64,000 nucleotides of DNA from Octopus sinensis (GCF_006345805.1 NC_043009.1:44020001-44084000), one strand, 5' to 3'. Shown: positions 24,285-38,566, counted from the first letter of the stretch. The notes: generated by a model not told the origin, from the sequence alone. Made by a program: numbers and translations.

Positions 24285-26409
24285 ATACATGTATATATAC
24301 ATGTATGCATGTACCATATATATATATATTATATAATATATTATATACATATATGTATGTATGGATGATGTGTTTATCTCTTTCGCTGTCACCCAATTTC
24401 AATATGTCCATTATTTTATCTGTAGGAGGTATCCATTCCTTCCTTAACACTCCTTGCCGCTATAACCACCACCACCACCACCACCACCTCTTCCCCCTCC
24501 TCCTCCTCCTCCAATATTCCATATCTCTTTCTTTGAAAATGATAGCTAAATATAAATATTCAACAAACAAACAAGATGACAGTTTCTTGTCATTCTTGCG
24601 ACGCTACACAGAATCCATATGTAAGGAAGCAGCCTTGTCGTCATTTTGTTTAAAGCGCGAGTCGAAACGCCATTAAAGTGACTCGAGTCAACAGCTGCGA
24701 CTGTTAAGAAATATTTGAAAAGAAGAGACTGTTGCTGTTGTATTTGTTGCTGTTGTTGATGTTTCTTATTTTCCTCTCTCTTTTAATGTTGTCCATGTTT
24801 TACTTGTTACTTTTGCTGTTTTTTTTTTTAATGTATATTTTTCTTTTTGTAATGGTTTAGAACACAGAGACTCTTCATTTTAACACAAGCGAAATTGTCT
24901 TGAATATATCATTAGAAAAGATACAATAAACAAAAGAAGTAATAATGGAAGAGAGCGAGAGAGGGAGAGACAGAGAGAAAGAGAAATAGAGAGAGAGAGA
25001 GAGAGAGAAGGGGGTATTAAAGACGCGAGAGAGAAAAAGAAGGAGAGAGCGAGAGAGTGAAGTGAAGGATGGAAGTAAATTGATACGTGTGACTTAAAAT
25101 ATATTTATTCACATCCTTGTGTATTTTTGTATGACGTGTATGAGTTAAAAATTGGGATAATTTCGACTTGTTGCATTTATTTATACAACTTTCATGTGTC
25201 ATTTTTTTCTTGTGTATCTGGAAGTCTGTTTACTCTAGTTTTTTTTATATATTTATCTTCTTTCAGTGAAGAGCTTCAGATGAAAATAAAAAAAAATTAA
25301 AAAGAACACAATGTCATACGTTGTAGAAAATGATAATAATTACTCTTCTATACATCTGCAGATGCACAAACAATTATATATGTATGCACACACACATACG
25401 TATATGTATGATAGGAGACTTGCTTCCCAACCACATGGTTCTGGGTTCAGTCCCGCTGAGTGACACCATGAACAACTGTTTTCTGCGTGGGTGCATCCAA
25501 AGCCTTCTTATTATCCCTACACGTGACTTAAGTGTAAAGCAATATCATTGGACACCGAGCTAAAGATTATAAAAAAAAAGGAAAGAAGCTTGAAAAATTC
25601 ATTAAACGAAGTCTCTTTAGTAATTACATACTAGGGGCGGCAGAGCCAGAGCCAAGAATATCTGATAATCAAGTAGTATCGGAATTTGTTTGCACAAACG
25701 AAAGGAAAGAAGTAATATCTATCAAACCTAGATTTTATGTGGACTATTTTGGAAATTTCGTTTTTATATTCGGTTCCGTAGACCTAGAGTAGAGATGATA
25801 AGTTCGTGAATGGCGTCGAAAGGACATTGACAACCTTAGATGATTAATTGATTGACCGAACGGTTAATTAAACAATTGATTAATCAATCGGTTAAATAGT
25901 TAACCAATTGACTAATAGAAATAAAGAAGTGAAATAGAACCAGTGCATGTGTTTATAATTGACGTAATGGTTCTCACAAGATAGAACAAAATATGATAAT
26001 AATTATCCTCTAAAACTTTAATCCCAAAGAAGGATACAAAAAAAGCAGTAAGGTAAACATTCATATTGTGGTTTCGAGAAAATGTCAGTAGAGACTTGCA
26101 ACGTAAGCAATAACCTATTTATCGTTCCGGTATTCCAAGAGAAATGGTAAGTATCTCTAAAGAGATCCTCCAAATTTAGTCTGGAAATCAAACAGGAAAG
26201 GTTGAGTTTGGCAGGAACTGTTAACTGAATGGTTCTTTGGACATTATTGTCCACTTGTCAAACGTTACTGGGAGTAGAATATTTTCAAGTCGAAGGTGTC
26301 TCCGATTTTGGACGGCGTTATGGGCCATAACCTATTGAGTTCATTTTCATTCTACAAAACGCAACTTCGTTATTACATATAACTTATGAATCAGAGCGTT
26401 AGTAATGGC

Positions 26410-26560
26410 TGTATCATTAAGAAGCTTGTTTTACAAACACATGGTTTGAGATTCAATCCCATTGCGCGGCACCTTGAGTAAGCGTTTTCTACTATAGCTC
26501 CAGACCGGCCAATGCCTTGTGAGCGAAATTAGTAGGATAAACGGAAACTCTGTAGAAGCC
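26410..26560 (+). mobile_element. SINE group A head, diverged
   Basis: aagaagcttg...cacatggtttgagattcaatcccattgcgcggcaccttgagtaag...gaagcc. Confidence 0.7.
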
Positions 26561-26602
26561 TTTTGTATACACACACACACACACATATATATATATTATA
26601 AA

Positions 26603-26850
26603 TGCGGCCTTTTAAAGCCTAGCCAGGCTCATGGGCCCGGTTTCCCGGTTTCTATGGCGTATGGGTTCCCCAGCTGGACGGGACGCCAGTCCATCGCAGC
26701 GTTACTCATTTTTGCCAGCTGAGTGGACTGGACCAACGTGAAATGAAGTGTTTTGCTCAAGAACACAACGCGTCGCCCGGTCCAGGAATCGAAACCACAA
26801 TCTTACGATCATGGTGCTGACACCCTAACCACTAAGTCACCTGCCTTCAC
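26603..26850 (-). mobile_element. SINE group C, tail type c3, full length
   Basis: tRNA head with B box ggtttcgattcc, CORE-like block and c3 tail. Confidence 0.9.
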
Positions 26851-27228
26851 ACAAACACACGCACACACATATATATATGGAAAGAAGAGGTACTATATTC
26901 CCACACAGGAAAAAATATAGGAGAATTTGTTTAGGGGTTTGTAAATACACGTGAATTTGAAAAACGTAGTTGTTTTCAAATAGATTTATTCACATACATA
27001 CCAAACTACTTCCATCAATTTTTTGTTTATCAATGACACAAATATATATAAAACAAGATTTTAACAGAGCTTACAATTACGAATTAGAGGGGTCGGACAA
27101 ACATGTTTAAACGATCAAATGATCAAATGTTCACATATAATTCAATGGGTTTCACAGGGATAAACACAAACATACATACCCACATGTATATGCATATGTA
27201 TGCGTGTGTGTATACATACATACATACA

Positions 27229-27263
<35 letters not shown>

Positions 27264-27313
27264 TAAATGGGTGGCTAATTCGCAATTTTACAACCTAAAG
27301 GCAGAAGTATATA

Positions 27314-27628
27314 CGTCACTAAAGTGATAAAGGACACTAATCAGCACCAGTATTGCTAGAAATAACAGTCAAAACAGCTCAATAGCCACAGAATCACTAT
27401 CTTAATGAGTTGACATGTGAGGCAAGCTCACTACGCATTAAAATGAGCATTAAGATGCGTTAAGCATCAGAACGTGATATCATCGATAATCTGACTATAT
27501 CTGCGACTGTAGGGAGCTTGCCTCCCATGTCAGCTCATTAAGATAGTGCTTCTGTAGCTATTGAATTCTTTTAACTCTTATTTCTAGCAACACTGGTGTT
27601 GGTTAGTGTCCATTGTCAGTTCAGTGAC

Positions 27629-27629
<1 letters not shown>
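27314..27629. mobile_element. TA-flanked MITE (316 bp) with ~120-bp TIRs
   Basis: TA|CGTCACTAAAGTGATAAAGGACACTAA...GGCAAGCTCACTAC pairs with GTAGGGAGCTTGCC...TTAGTGTCCATTGTCAGTTCAGTGACG|TA. Confidence 0.85.
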
Positions 27630-27672
<43 letters not shown>

Positions 27673-27746
27673 ATATATATGTGTGTGTGTGTGGTGTGTG
27701 TGTGTGTGTGTGGTGTGTGTGTGTGTGGTGTGCGTGTGCTGTGTGT

Positions 27747-28083
27747 GAAGGCGCATGGCTCAGTGGTTAGAGCGTCGAGCTTACGATCGTGAGGTTGTGA
27801 GTTCGAATCCCGGACCGGGCTGCATGTTGTGTTCTTGAGCAAGACACTTTATTTCACTTTGCTCCAGTTTACTCAGCTGTAGAAAATTAGTTGCGACGTC
27901 ACAGGTGCCAAGCTGTATCGGCCCTTGCCTTTCCCTTGGATAACACTGGTTGCGTGGAGAGGCGAGGCCGGTATGTATGGGCGACTGCTGGTCTTCCATA
28001 AACAACCTTGCCCGGACTTGTGCCTAGGAGGGTAGCTTTCTAGGTGCAATCCCATGGTCAGTGTCGTGACCGAAGGGGGTCTC
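27747..28083 (+). mobile_element. SINE group C, tail type c1, full length
   Basis: gaaggcgcatggctcagtggttagagcg (A box), gagttcgaatccc (B box), CORE-like cttgagcaagacactttatttcac, distinct tail. Confidence 0.9.
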
Positions 28084-28379
28084 AGATATATATATATATA
28101 TATATATATATATTCTAAATAATTGATACAGAATTTAGAGTAGGCTGGAAACTATTTTTATCACAACGATCGTTTCGGAACATTCTGCACTCGAAGAATT
28201 CCTAACGTAGATCGAGCGACGAGTGTACATTTACTGTGGATGACGCCAAGTAGTCATAAGAGGAGAACGTGCTCCGCCGGCACACTACTGGGGACATACC
28301 CAAAATATAGTTTAGGAAGTAAATTTTAAATTTCAATCTAAACTTTAATTATGACACTCACTCACTCACCTCTCCCCAG

Positions 28380-28512
28380 ATACATTTCCACCCATCCATT
28401 CCATAATTCCATTATCCATTCAACCATCATCCATCTATTCATCCATATATATGTGGATAGATGGATGGTTCAATGGATACTTGAATAATGGAATAGATGG
28501 GTGCAAATGTAT
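28380..28512. repeat. Imperfect ~60-bp-arm palindrome centred on TATATA
   Basis: atacatttccacccatccattccat... pairs with ...atggaatagatgggtgcaaatgtat. Confidence 0.75.
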
Positions 28513-28588
28513 GTATTATATCTACTACATATGTGGAAAATCGGTGTGTGTTTGTTTGTAGTGTTGTTAGCTAACTCATCCTAGCTAA

Positions 28589-29028
28589 CTTGACACGTGA
28601 GTAGAACTCATGACTGGAAACCCCGTGACAAACTTATATTGTTGAAAAAAATCGATAACACGGCCCCTGGAAGGGAGCTTTATATCTACCGCATATAAGT
28701 AATTTTTTAAACACCCAAGGGAAGTAACCCATAGCACCTGTACAATATTTTTTTAAAACACCCAAGGGAAATAACCCATTTCATTGTTAATGTTCGATTA
28801 CTTTGAATATTGATTTTTTGTGTGTCATATTTCTAATTATTGCGGACAATATCACTTTTATACTTTATTTGACACGTTAGTAGAACTCATGTCTGTAAAC
28901 CTCGTGACATACTTATATTGTTGAAGAAAAATCGATAATAGGGCCCTTCCAATGGATCTTTCTATCTACTACATATTACTAATATTTTATTTAAACAACC
29001 CAAGAGAAATAACCCATACTACCTGCAG
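28589..29028. repeat. Diverged direct duplication with 280-bp period
   Basis: ttgacacgt(g/t)agtagaactcatg...taacccata..acctg at 28589-28743 and 28869-29028. Confidence 0.85.
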
Positions 29029-29442
29029 ATTTTAGCGAAGCGATCAATATTTGATTCCCACGATCAACCGACCTAATTCTACATTTCACTACTCACAGTT
29101 TTGAACTGCTAAACATTATTATTGCATTTTCTTAATTTGAATCTTAAACATTAAAGATTTCATTCATACATTTCTATACATACGTACTTTTTTGAATGCC
29201 CATTACACCGAAAATTCTGAATTTTTACAGTTACACTTGTTCCATGACAGTAGATAATTTTTTTGTATTCCACAACGTATTTGTAGTGGCTTCATGCAGA
29301 CAGCATGGATTCGATCGTCGATTACCAAATGTCACTTAACATTTCAACAGGACTTTTCTCATGGTAAAACAATAGATTTTCTGTGAATGACAGCAGTTAT
29401 GCATTTCCCAGATGCCTTCGCTAAGCAGAATAATGTCATTGC

Positions 29443-29540
29443 CTCTCACCAACCTCCGACAACCTCTCTCACCAACCTCCGACAATCTTTCTCGCTAACC
29501 TCCGAAAACCTCTCTCACCAACCTCCAACAATCTCTCCCT
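29443..29540. repeat. Minisatellite, ~23-bp unit x4
   Basis: ctctcaccaacctccgacaacct repeated. Confidence 0.85.
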
Positions 29541-29694
29541 CCTCCAGCTGACAGTTTTTTTGTACATTTTCGTGATGGAAAATACACCTTTTGTGTTATA
29601 ACGAAATTGCTTTCTTATATCAGAGTAATAAGGCGTTTCAATAGAACATCTTTATCCCGGGAATTACGGGTACACCAGTTAATTAATTATATAT

Positions 29695-29745
<51 letters not shown>

Positions 29746-29882
29746 GTGTGTGTGTGTGGGTGTGTTTTGTGTGTGCGTGCGATGGGTGAACACACACAAA
29801 CACACACACACAACACACATACACGCTATATATATATATATATATATAATATATATGATAATAATATATATATAATATAATA

Positions 29883-29942
29883 TAATACTGTAATTGTTCC
29901 ACGTGTTGTTATTTTTTCTGTTTTTCACGTTTGGATTAACCT
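29883..29942 (+). mobile_element. Family P1 terminal fragment
   Basis: taatactgtaattgttccacgtgttg...gtttggattaacct next to (TA)n. Confidence 0.7.
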
Positions 29943-29964
29943 TATATATATTATAATGTATATA

Positions 29965-30028
<64 letters not shown>

Positions 30029-30121
30029 ATATATATTTAAGAAGGATTACGTCCCCTGTAAAGACGTTGGACTCTAAGTTTGAATCATTGAGCAGTTTTT
30101 GTTGAATTTTTTTATCACAGA

Positions 30122-30166
<45 letters not shown>

Positions 30167-30584
30167 CATTTCCATCCGTCCATCCATCCATCCATCCCTC
30201 CATCCTCCCTCCCTCCTTCCCTCCCTCCGTCTGTCCATCCATCTATTCATCTTTACCCACATACTTGTGCACAAATAAGTTTTGTCCCTTTGAAAGAGAC
30301 CGCCATGAATCCAGCAAAATGCTTATAGAATACAATGTCTTCTAACAGTGGTGGAAGGGCCACACAGGCTTGGTACCCGACCCTGCAAAGAAGAAAAGCA
30401 AAGTTGTTCTCCGTAGGATTCGAACTGAAAACATTAAGGAACGTAAGACGTTTTGTTCCACAGTCTTGCTAAATACGTAGCTATATAAAATAGATTCAGA
30501 AACACGTGTACATTCATAAATAATTATATATTTAAATATTTATCTAAGAAATATAAAACGTACGTTCTCACACACATGCATATT

Positions 30585-30623
<39 letters not shown>

Positions 30624-31829
30624 ATGTATATATTTATATACCCATACATTCCTATATATATATGTATATATATGTATACACACATATTAACAGTTAAAAT
30701 TTGATACATTATGTAAACAAAAGCTTTCATAGTTACTCCTATGTGTGTGCATGCATTTGTATATATATATATATATATATATATATTTACATATGCATAT
30801 AAATGTGTGTGTGTGTATATATATATATATAGGCACACACACACACACGTACACACACGCACACGCTCTTTAGTCCCACCCACTCTTTACTAATTTGTCG
30901 CTTGTTGTTTGCCTTCACTTTAGAGAACTTCCGGTTCATCTTAATTTCTAAAATGATAATCCTGAACAGATATGTTGCTATTTTTTTAATATTACTATTG
31001 CAACCACACCTATCGCTACTGCTGAAATGATTCAAATGCACGAAGGCTGACGTCACCTCTAAGCATAGGATCGAGAAAAGAAACTAAGACACCAACAAAA
31101 ATCTTTATTCGACGCCATCTTTCAGAGGGGCATTATATTCTTCAGGTCAACTTTTAGTTACTCGCGAGCACTTTTAGCCTTCATCACTAATTCAGTTCTC
31201 AACCAAATTGAATGAAGTTTGCTTTAGTAATGATGGTCCAGTCCTATGTTACATTAGGAGATAAAATATGATAATTGAAATTTGATATCTCAGTTATATT
31301 AAAAGAAAAGTATAAATTAATCGGGTTTAAAAGACTGTGCTCATTGAAGAGTATCTTTGGTGAAAACCGCGTGAAAATATTTGTTACGAAAAAAGTTGTG
31401 TGACTTTAAGTCAAAATTGACTTAAATAACTTAGTTATTGTAAAATAAAACGATACAATAGTTGAGTTCAATAGAATAATGTTCAACAGGAACTATCTAT
31501 AAAAGAAATATGAATACCTTCGTCTTGTTCAAAAGAAAGGAGGGAACGAATCAAATCCTGCACAATGCCGACAAAGTGACGACAACATCCTGTTTGTCAC
31601 ACCATGTTGAGTTTGCCAATGAAATAACTAATGTCGCTATGATAGCAAATGTAAATATGTATCCTTAACTGACTGATAAAAAACTAACAATATCACTAAG
31701 GAACCTTCTTAAATTTCTTTCAAAAATCCTCACTACTCTTTTTCTGATAAACATCTGACGCGCGGGACGTGTCCTACGTCAACGAAACTTTAAGTAATGT
31801 GGGACTGAGTCAAAATGTTATTACATGCA

Positions 31830-31871
<42 letters not shown>

Positions 31872-32240
31872 CCAGTCATAAGACAACGGCCATGTTGGAG
31901 CACCGCGTTGTAGAATTAGATGAACTAATCGATATCAGTGCTTATTTTACGTCTGGTAAAAGTCCTTACGGTGACGTAAATAGACTATCACCGGCTGTCA
32001 GACTGTGGGAGGGGATAATAAAACAGGGAAAGAGACATGCGCGCACACATGCATAGACATACATCTATTCATACATACATATTATATTTTTATTATTTTA
32101 TTCGTTTATTTGTTTCAGTCATTTGACTGCGGTCATGCTGGAGCACCGCCTTTGGTCGAACAAGTCGACCTAGTACTTATTCTATCGATATCTTTTGCCG
32201 AACCGCTAAGTTACGGTGACGTAAACACACCAACATAAAC

Positions 32241-32326
<86 letters not shown>

Positions 32327-32384
32327 GTATGTACGTATGTACGTATGTAGATATATATATATACACATATATATAATGTTCCTT

Positions 32385-32495
32385 CTCAAGCCATGCCAGG
32401 CTCATAAGGGCCGGTTTCCGGTTTCAGTGGTAGAGAAATCCTGGACAGGACGCGGGTCCGTCGCACGATTACTCATTTTGTCAGCTGAGTGGACT
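32385..32495 (-). mobile_element. SINE group C (c3), cut off by the assembly gap
   Basis: aagccatgccaggctcataagggccggtttcc...actcattttgtcagctgagtggact, then Ns. Confidence 0.8.
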
Positions 32496-32595
32496 NNNNN
32501 NNNNNNNNNNNNNNNNNNNNNNNNNNNNNNNNNNNNNNNNNNNNNNNNNNNNNNNNNNNNNNNNNNNNNNNNNNNNNNNNNNNNNNNNNNNNNNN
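32496..32595. other. Assembly gap (100 N)
   Basis: Run of exactly 100 n; true gap size unknown. Confidence 1.
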
Positions 32596-32642
32596 TACAT
32601 ACATACATACATACATAATACATACATACATACATACATTCA

Positions 32643-32673
<31 letters not shown>

Positions 32674-33074
32674 GCTTCTTCGCCTTGTTACATCTACCTA
32701 GCTACACCAAACAATGAAGACTCAATGGTTAGTCTGTATAAGTAACAGTTGTGTATGCAGGAAGCGGCAGTGGATTTCTTTACCCGTGGATCTATAACGA
32801 TATGTCGACATCCCTAGATATAGCATTTATGTGGTCACGTGATCTGCTAGAAAGGGCACCCAAATATCCCTCAAATCACCCCCAGCTATTTTAAAACTTA
32901 GGGTGGTTTATTGTAGTTCGTATATATACATCCATATATATGTATACATATAAAGGAATGTATGTGCGTGTGTATATCTGTGTATGCGCGCGTGTGTGTA
33001 TGTGTGTGTGCGTGTCTGTATGTGTGTGTGTATGTATGCATGTTTGTTTGTATGTATGTGTGTGTATGTATGTA

Positions 33075-33316
33075 TACTCTTACTCTTTTACACTTTTACT
33101 TGTTTCAGTCATTTGACTGTGGTCATGCTAGAGCACCGCCTTTAGTCGAGCAAATCGACCCCATGACTTAGTACTTATTCTATCGATGTCTTTTGCCGAA
33201 CCGCTAAGTTGCGGGGACGTAAACACACTAGCATCGGTTGTCAAGCGATGTTGGGGGACAAACACAGACACACAAACATATACACACACACACACACACC
33301 ACACACACACACACAC

Positions 33317-33369
<53 letters not shown>

Positions 33370-33534
33370 ACATATATTCGACGGGCTTCTTTCAGTTTCT
33401 CTCTACCAAATCCACTCACAGAGGCTTTGGTCGGCCCGAGACTATAGTAGAAGACATTTGCCCAAGGTACCACGCAGTGGGACTGAACCCGGAACCATGT
33501 GGTTTGTAAGCAAGCTACTTACCACACAGCCACT
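33075..33534 (-). mobile_element. SINE group A
   Basis: Tail, internal CA/TA tract and head. Confidence 0.9.
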
Positions 33535-34087
33535 GGACTGTGACCATATTGGGGCACCCCTTGAAGGCTTTTAGTAAAACGAATCAACTCGCGTATTTAT
33601 TTTTTTTTAATCTGGCACTTATTTTATCGGTCCTTTATACCGATCCGCTCTGTTACAGGAACATGAACAAACCTACACCGGTTATCCGAATTTACTGAGC
33701 TCTAAATGACTGCAAAAACCTTATAACAAATATCTTCTGGTCAACTGGACCCGTTCTCTATATATCCTATTCTCACTCAGCTCGTCTCTTATTTTCACTC
33801 ACCTCGTCTGTTAATACCGCTTTCCTTGTCTCCTAACCCCTCCTCGTTTCTTAATCCGGCTCCCTTCATTTCTTAATCTCGAACCAAGAAATACATTGGC
33901 ACCGCGTATATACACACCTACAACCACACTGAAATCTATGGTATTAATACATACTGCAATAAATACAGTGTACGAGGGGGATATTGTGTTGTAGAGACAT
34001 ATATTTGACACTATATTGTTGTGATACATAATAGTATATCTTTACTATGGTGGCGGTGTTGAATAGTGTGATGTATAATGTACAGTA

Positions 34088-34404
34088 GTGGCTTAGTGGC
34101 TGGGGGTATTCAGCTCACGATCGTAAGGTCGTGAGTTCGATTCTCGGTGGTACGTTATGTCCTTGAGCAAAACGCTTTATTTCATGTTGCTTCAATCCAC
34201 TCAGCTAGCAAAAAGGAGTTGTACCTGTAATTCAAAAGGGTCAACTTTGTCACACTCTATATCATGCTGAATCTCCCTGAGTACTACATTAAGGATACTC
34301 GTGTCTGAGGAGTACTCAGTCACTTGCATGTTAATTTCATGAGCAGGCTGTTCTGTTGATAGGGTCAACTGGAACCCGCGTCCTCGTAACCGATGGAGTG
34401 CCAA
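34088..34404 (+). mobile_element. SINE group C, tail type c2
   Basis: Homologous to 60619-60935. Confidence 0.85.
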
Positions 34405-34733
34405 TTTAATGTATTGTGGCGTATATATTATACTGTTGTATAATGTAACATAGTGTAAAGCTATGTCGTATAGTGTGTTGTGGGGTTGTGTGGAGTAAAC
34501 TACAGGGCAGTGTCATGTGTATAGCCCAGAACAGTACGGTGCTGTCTTGTTACAGTTATTAAGACGCTAAGAGGTAGAATCACAATTTAGCTACATGGTA
34601 GCCTTTAATTACCATTCTTTACCTACCAATGAAGTCAACTTAGTCTTTCACTCTTTAGAAATTTAGTAAAATTAAAATCTTGTCAAGTATTGGTGTCGAT
34701 ATACTCGAGAATTTATACACACACACACACACA

Positions 34734-34775
<42 letters not shown>

Positions 34776-34817
34776 ACACACACACACAAGCTGTCTTTTA
34801 CACTAACTTTGAAATCC

Positions 34818-35075
34818 TCATTTTATCTGTCGTATTGTGTGCATTTTTTTCAGTCGAATGCAATACAGTAGAACTGAACAATAATGCACACCGCTTCTAA
34901 TAATCCGCAATTTCTACACATATACAAACACACACACACGCCACACACACACACATTCACACTGTGTTTGTCCTTGACCCTAACTTATTTTGTCTGTCGT
35001 AATGTGTGCATTTTTTCAGTTGGATGCCGAACAGTAGAACTGAACAATAATGCGCATCGGTTCTAAATAATCCAC
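34818..35075. repeat. Diverged tandem duplication (~166-bp period)
   Basis: tctgtcgta.tgtgtgcattttttcagt..atgc...acagtagaactgaacaataatgc occurs twice. Confidence 0.85.
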
Positions 35076-35975
35076 TTCACTTAACGCCTCTTGTGTTCTT
35101 CAAAAAGGCATAAACGTTGCACAACTCATTTATTTCCTTCTCTCAATAAACCTGAAACCTTATCTGCCTGTATAAGTCTATGTAAATCATTATTTATTAA
35201 TTACTATTGTTGTGGTCTCTACCACCACCATCAATACATACGTACACACACACGCAGGCACTCACACACACACACACACACACACATACACACACACTCA
35301 CGCTCGCACGCACATACTGCAATTTTGTCAGTCTATCCGCCATAATTTTACGCGCGTTCACCTATGTCGTCTGCCTCTTTGATTCTAAATTCACAGATAA
35401 ATAATAGAAAGTTTGTCAATAAACGATGCATTTGTTGAACATTATTAATCGTAATGGTGTTATAAAACCTGAATAATTGTTTCTAGGTTTTAATAAGTCT
35501 TCATAGAGAGTGAAAGGCGAGGAGAGAGAAAGAGAAAGGAGGTTGGAATGGTGGCGGGTGGAGGCTTACACACAGGTTTAAATACATAACAGACACGCTC
35601 CGGAATATGATATTGAATACCCTTTCTTTTCGTAATTCTTTCTACTAATGACTGCTAGCCTGAAACTAAAATGGGAAGCTATTAAAGTTCTAATGAAAGA
35701 AAGAAATGGAAATGAAGGTGTCAAAGGAAATCTACAGAAAAATAGGTGCCGTTTTATTGATGTGTCGAGTCGGCGAAGAATAAAATGTTGAAAAAAATAA
35801 ACACACAAAATGGTATTGAAAACATTCACTCTTTTGATATTAGTTATACATGATTTCACACCAACTGTTTCGATGTTTCGATGCCAAGCTCTCACTCTTT
35901 CTATTACCGTTTTTCTTCATCACCCTCTCTTTCTATCTCTATCTCTCTCCCTCTCTTTTTGTATGTGTGTATATA

Positions 35976-36019
<44 letters not shown>

Positions 36020-36045
36020 AGCACACATAAATATATACACATATA

Positions 36046-36080
<35 letters not shown>

Positions 36081-36267
36081 AACTTTATCACTCTTTGTCT
36101 TCCTCTTACCCTATCCCTCTCTTTGTATCCCCTTTTCTACCTTATTTTCTCTAACACTCAATCTTTCTCTGCATAATACATTCTCCCTTTCTGTATCGCT
36201 CACTCTATCTATTAATCAATCTCACTCTCTATCTAGCTTCTTATCTCTCTATCTATCAATCTCTCTT

Positions 36268-36302
<35 letters not shown>

Positions 36303-36353
36303 GTCACTATCTTTTTTCTTCTTTCCCTTCTACCTTTTCTACTCACTCACTTT

Positions 36354-36405
<52 letters not shown>

Positions 36406-36949
36406 TTGTCTATCTATCCAACTCTATTTCACTGTCTACCTATCTCATTCTCTCATTCTCTCTCTCTCTCACGTTCTCTTTGTTTCTCAGTTCTCATCAA
36501 CTTTCATTTCCTTTTGTTATTCCTTACTCTTTCTCTCTGTCTCTTTCCATCTTTCTCCTTCTCTCTCCCCTTTCTCTTTCCTTCTCCCCTTCCCTTTTCC
36601 TCTCTCTCTCTCTCTCATATCATTCTATATTATTGAATTGTTCAAGTGTTACGTTAATGCCATTTCCATGTGGAATCACCCAGCCATTTCAACCGTTTCC
36701 ATATTGCCAGAGCAAGTTCCAAACATTCATTTCCGTGCACAAGCTATGCACTTACGATTTTTGCATTGTCACCAGAAAACAGAGTTTTCTTGTTGATTTT
36801 TTGTTTGTTTTCTTTGTTTTTCTTTTTCTTTTTTTCTTTTTTTTTGTTTCACAACCCCTATATTACCCCCAACCCATCCACGCCTCGAATTAAAACAGCA
36901 ACAACAAGAAAAACAACAATGATAATAACAAATATAATAATTATTAATG

Positions 36950-37037
36950 TTAATGATAATAAAAATCAAAACGAATACTGATGAGAATGGTAATAATGAT
37001 GATGATGATGATTTCTTTTATAATAATAATAATAATG

Positions 37038-37091
<54 letters not shown>

Positions 37092-37421
37092 TAATAATAA
37101 TAATAACAATAATAACAACAACAATAACTATAACAACAATACTAATTGATGATGATCATGATGACGATGACAACGACAACGGAGGTAGTGGTGGTTTTGA
37201 TGGTGGTGGTGGTGGTGGTGGTGGTGGTGGCGGTGGTGGTGGTGGTGGTGATGGTGGTGTATATAATAATTAGTGAGGGGGGAGGAGGAGGACTACGTTA
37301 AGGACCATCACCATTGTCACGATAATGATGATGTTGATGATGATGATGATGATGATGAAGATAACGAAGAACGTTGTTGATCACAATAGCAACGACGATG
37401 ATGGGGATAATAATAATAATA

Positions 37422-37500
<79 letters not shown>

Positions 37501-37529
37501 CGATAACGATAACAGTAATGATAATAATA

Positions 37530-37604
<75 letters not shown>

Positions 37605-37623
37605 CGATAACGATAACATAATG

Positions 37624-37664
<41 letters not shown>

Positions 37665-37835
37665 TTAATAATAATAATAATAATAATAATAATGATAACG
37701 ATAATAATAATAATAATAATAATAATAATATAATAATAATAATATAATAGAATAATAATAATATTAATAATAATAATAATAATTAATAATAATAATAATG
37801 ATAACGATAATAATAATAATAATATAATAATAATA

Positions 37836-37874
<39 letters not shown>

Positions 37875-37900
37875 TAATATAATAATAATAATAATAATAC
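36950..37900. repeat. Long compound (AAT)n/(GAT)n/(GGT)n/(AAC)n microsatellite
   Basis: Direct reading. Confidence 0.95.
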
Positions 37901-38256
37901 AAAAAACGAAAAACTCCACTACACCACATTGACTTCGTTGTTTTAGTTGTTCTTTTTTTTTGTTTTTGTTCTACTTTTAATGTTGTTTGCTTTGTTTTGA
38001 TTTTTGTTTTTTGTTGTTGTTTTTTTTAATATTTTAAATTATTGCTTGATTTGAAATTTTACACACAGATATTTTATTTTTTTTATTATTATGATTATTA
38101 TTATTATTTTTTTTTTTTTTTTTTAGTGGGTGGAACGGAATGGTTTTGAACCATTTCATCTTTTTTAATCTATTTAACAGTTACTGAAAACGGAACTTAC
38201 CGATTACAGACACTAAAAGTGGTATTACAGATTTCTCTCTTATTTTATTTCATTTG

Positions 38257-38330
38257 TTTTTGTCTTATTTTTTGTCTTATTTTTTGTCTTATTTTTTGTC
38301 TTATTTTTTGTCTTATTTTTTGTCTTATTT
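38257..38330. repeat. 12-bp minisatellite (TTTTTGTCTTAT) x6
   Basis: Direct reading. Confidence 0.9.
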
Positions 38331-38514
38331 CATATTTTATCCTTCAATTACAATTCAATTGAATTATTGTCATATTGGTTTTGTTTCGTTTTTGGTTCGT
38401 TTTCGGAGGGTTTTTTTCCTCATAATTACAAAGAGTTGTTTTAACATCATCATCATCATCATCATCCTCACCACCATCATCACTATCATCACCACACTCA
38501 TCGTCGTCGTCGTT

Positions 38515-38566
<52 letters not shown>

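Noticed and set aside
25840-25915. Cluster of short AT-rich palindromes
   Set aside because: Explained by degenerate ATTG/TTAA tetranucleotide repeats
27747-27825. tRNA-like sequences (also at 13840-13913 and 60619-60690)
   Set aside because: A and B boxes are present, but I see no acceptor stem or T-run terminator and they continue into SINE bodies
29443-29540. CRISPR-like short repeat array
   Set aside because: Head-to-tail units without unique spacers, eukaryotic context, no cas genes
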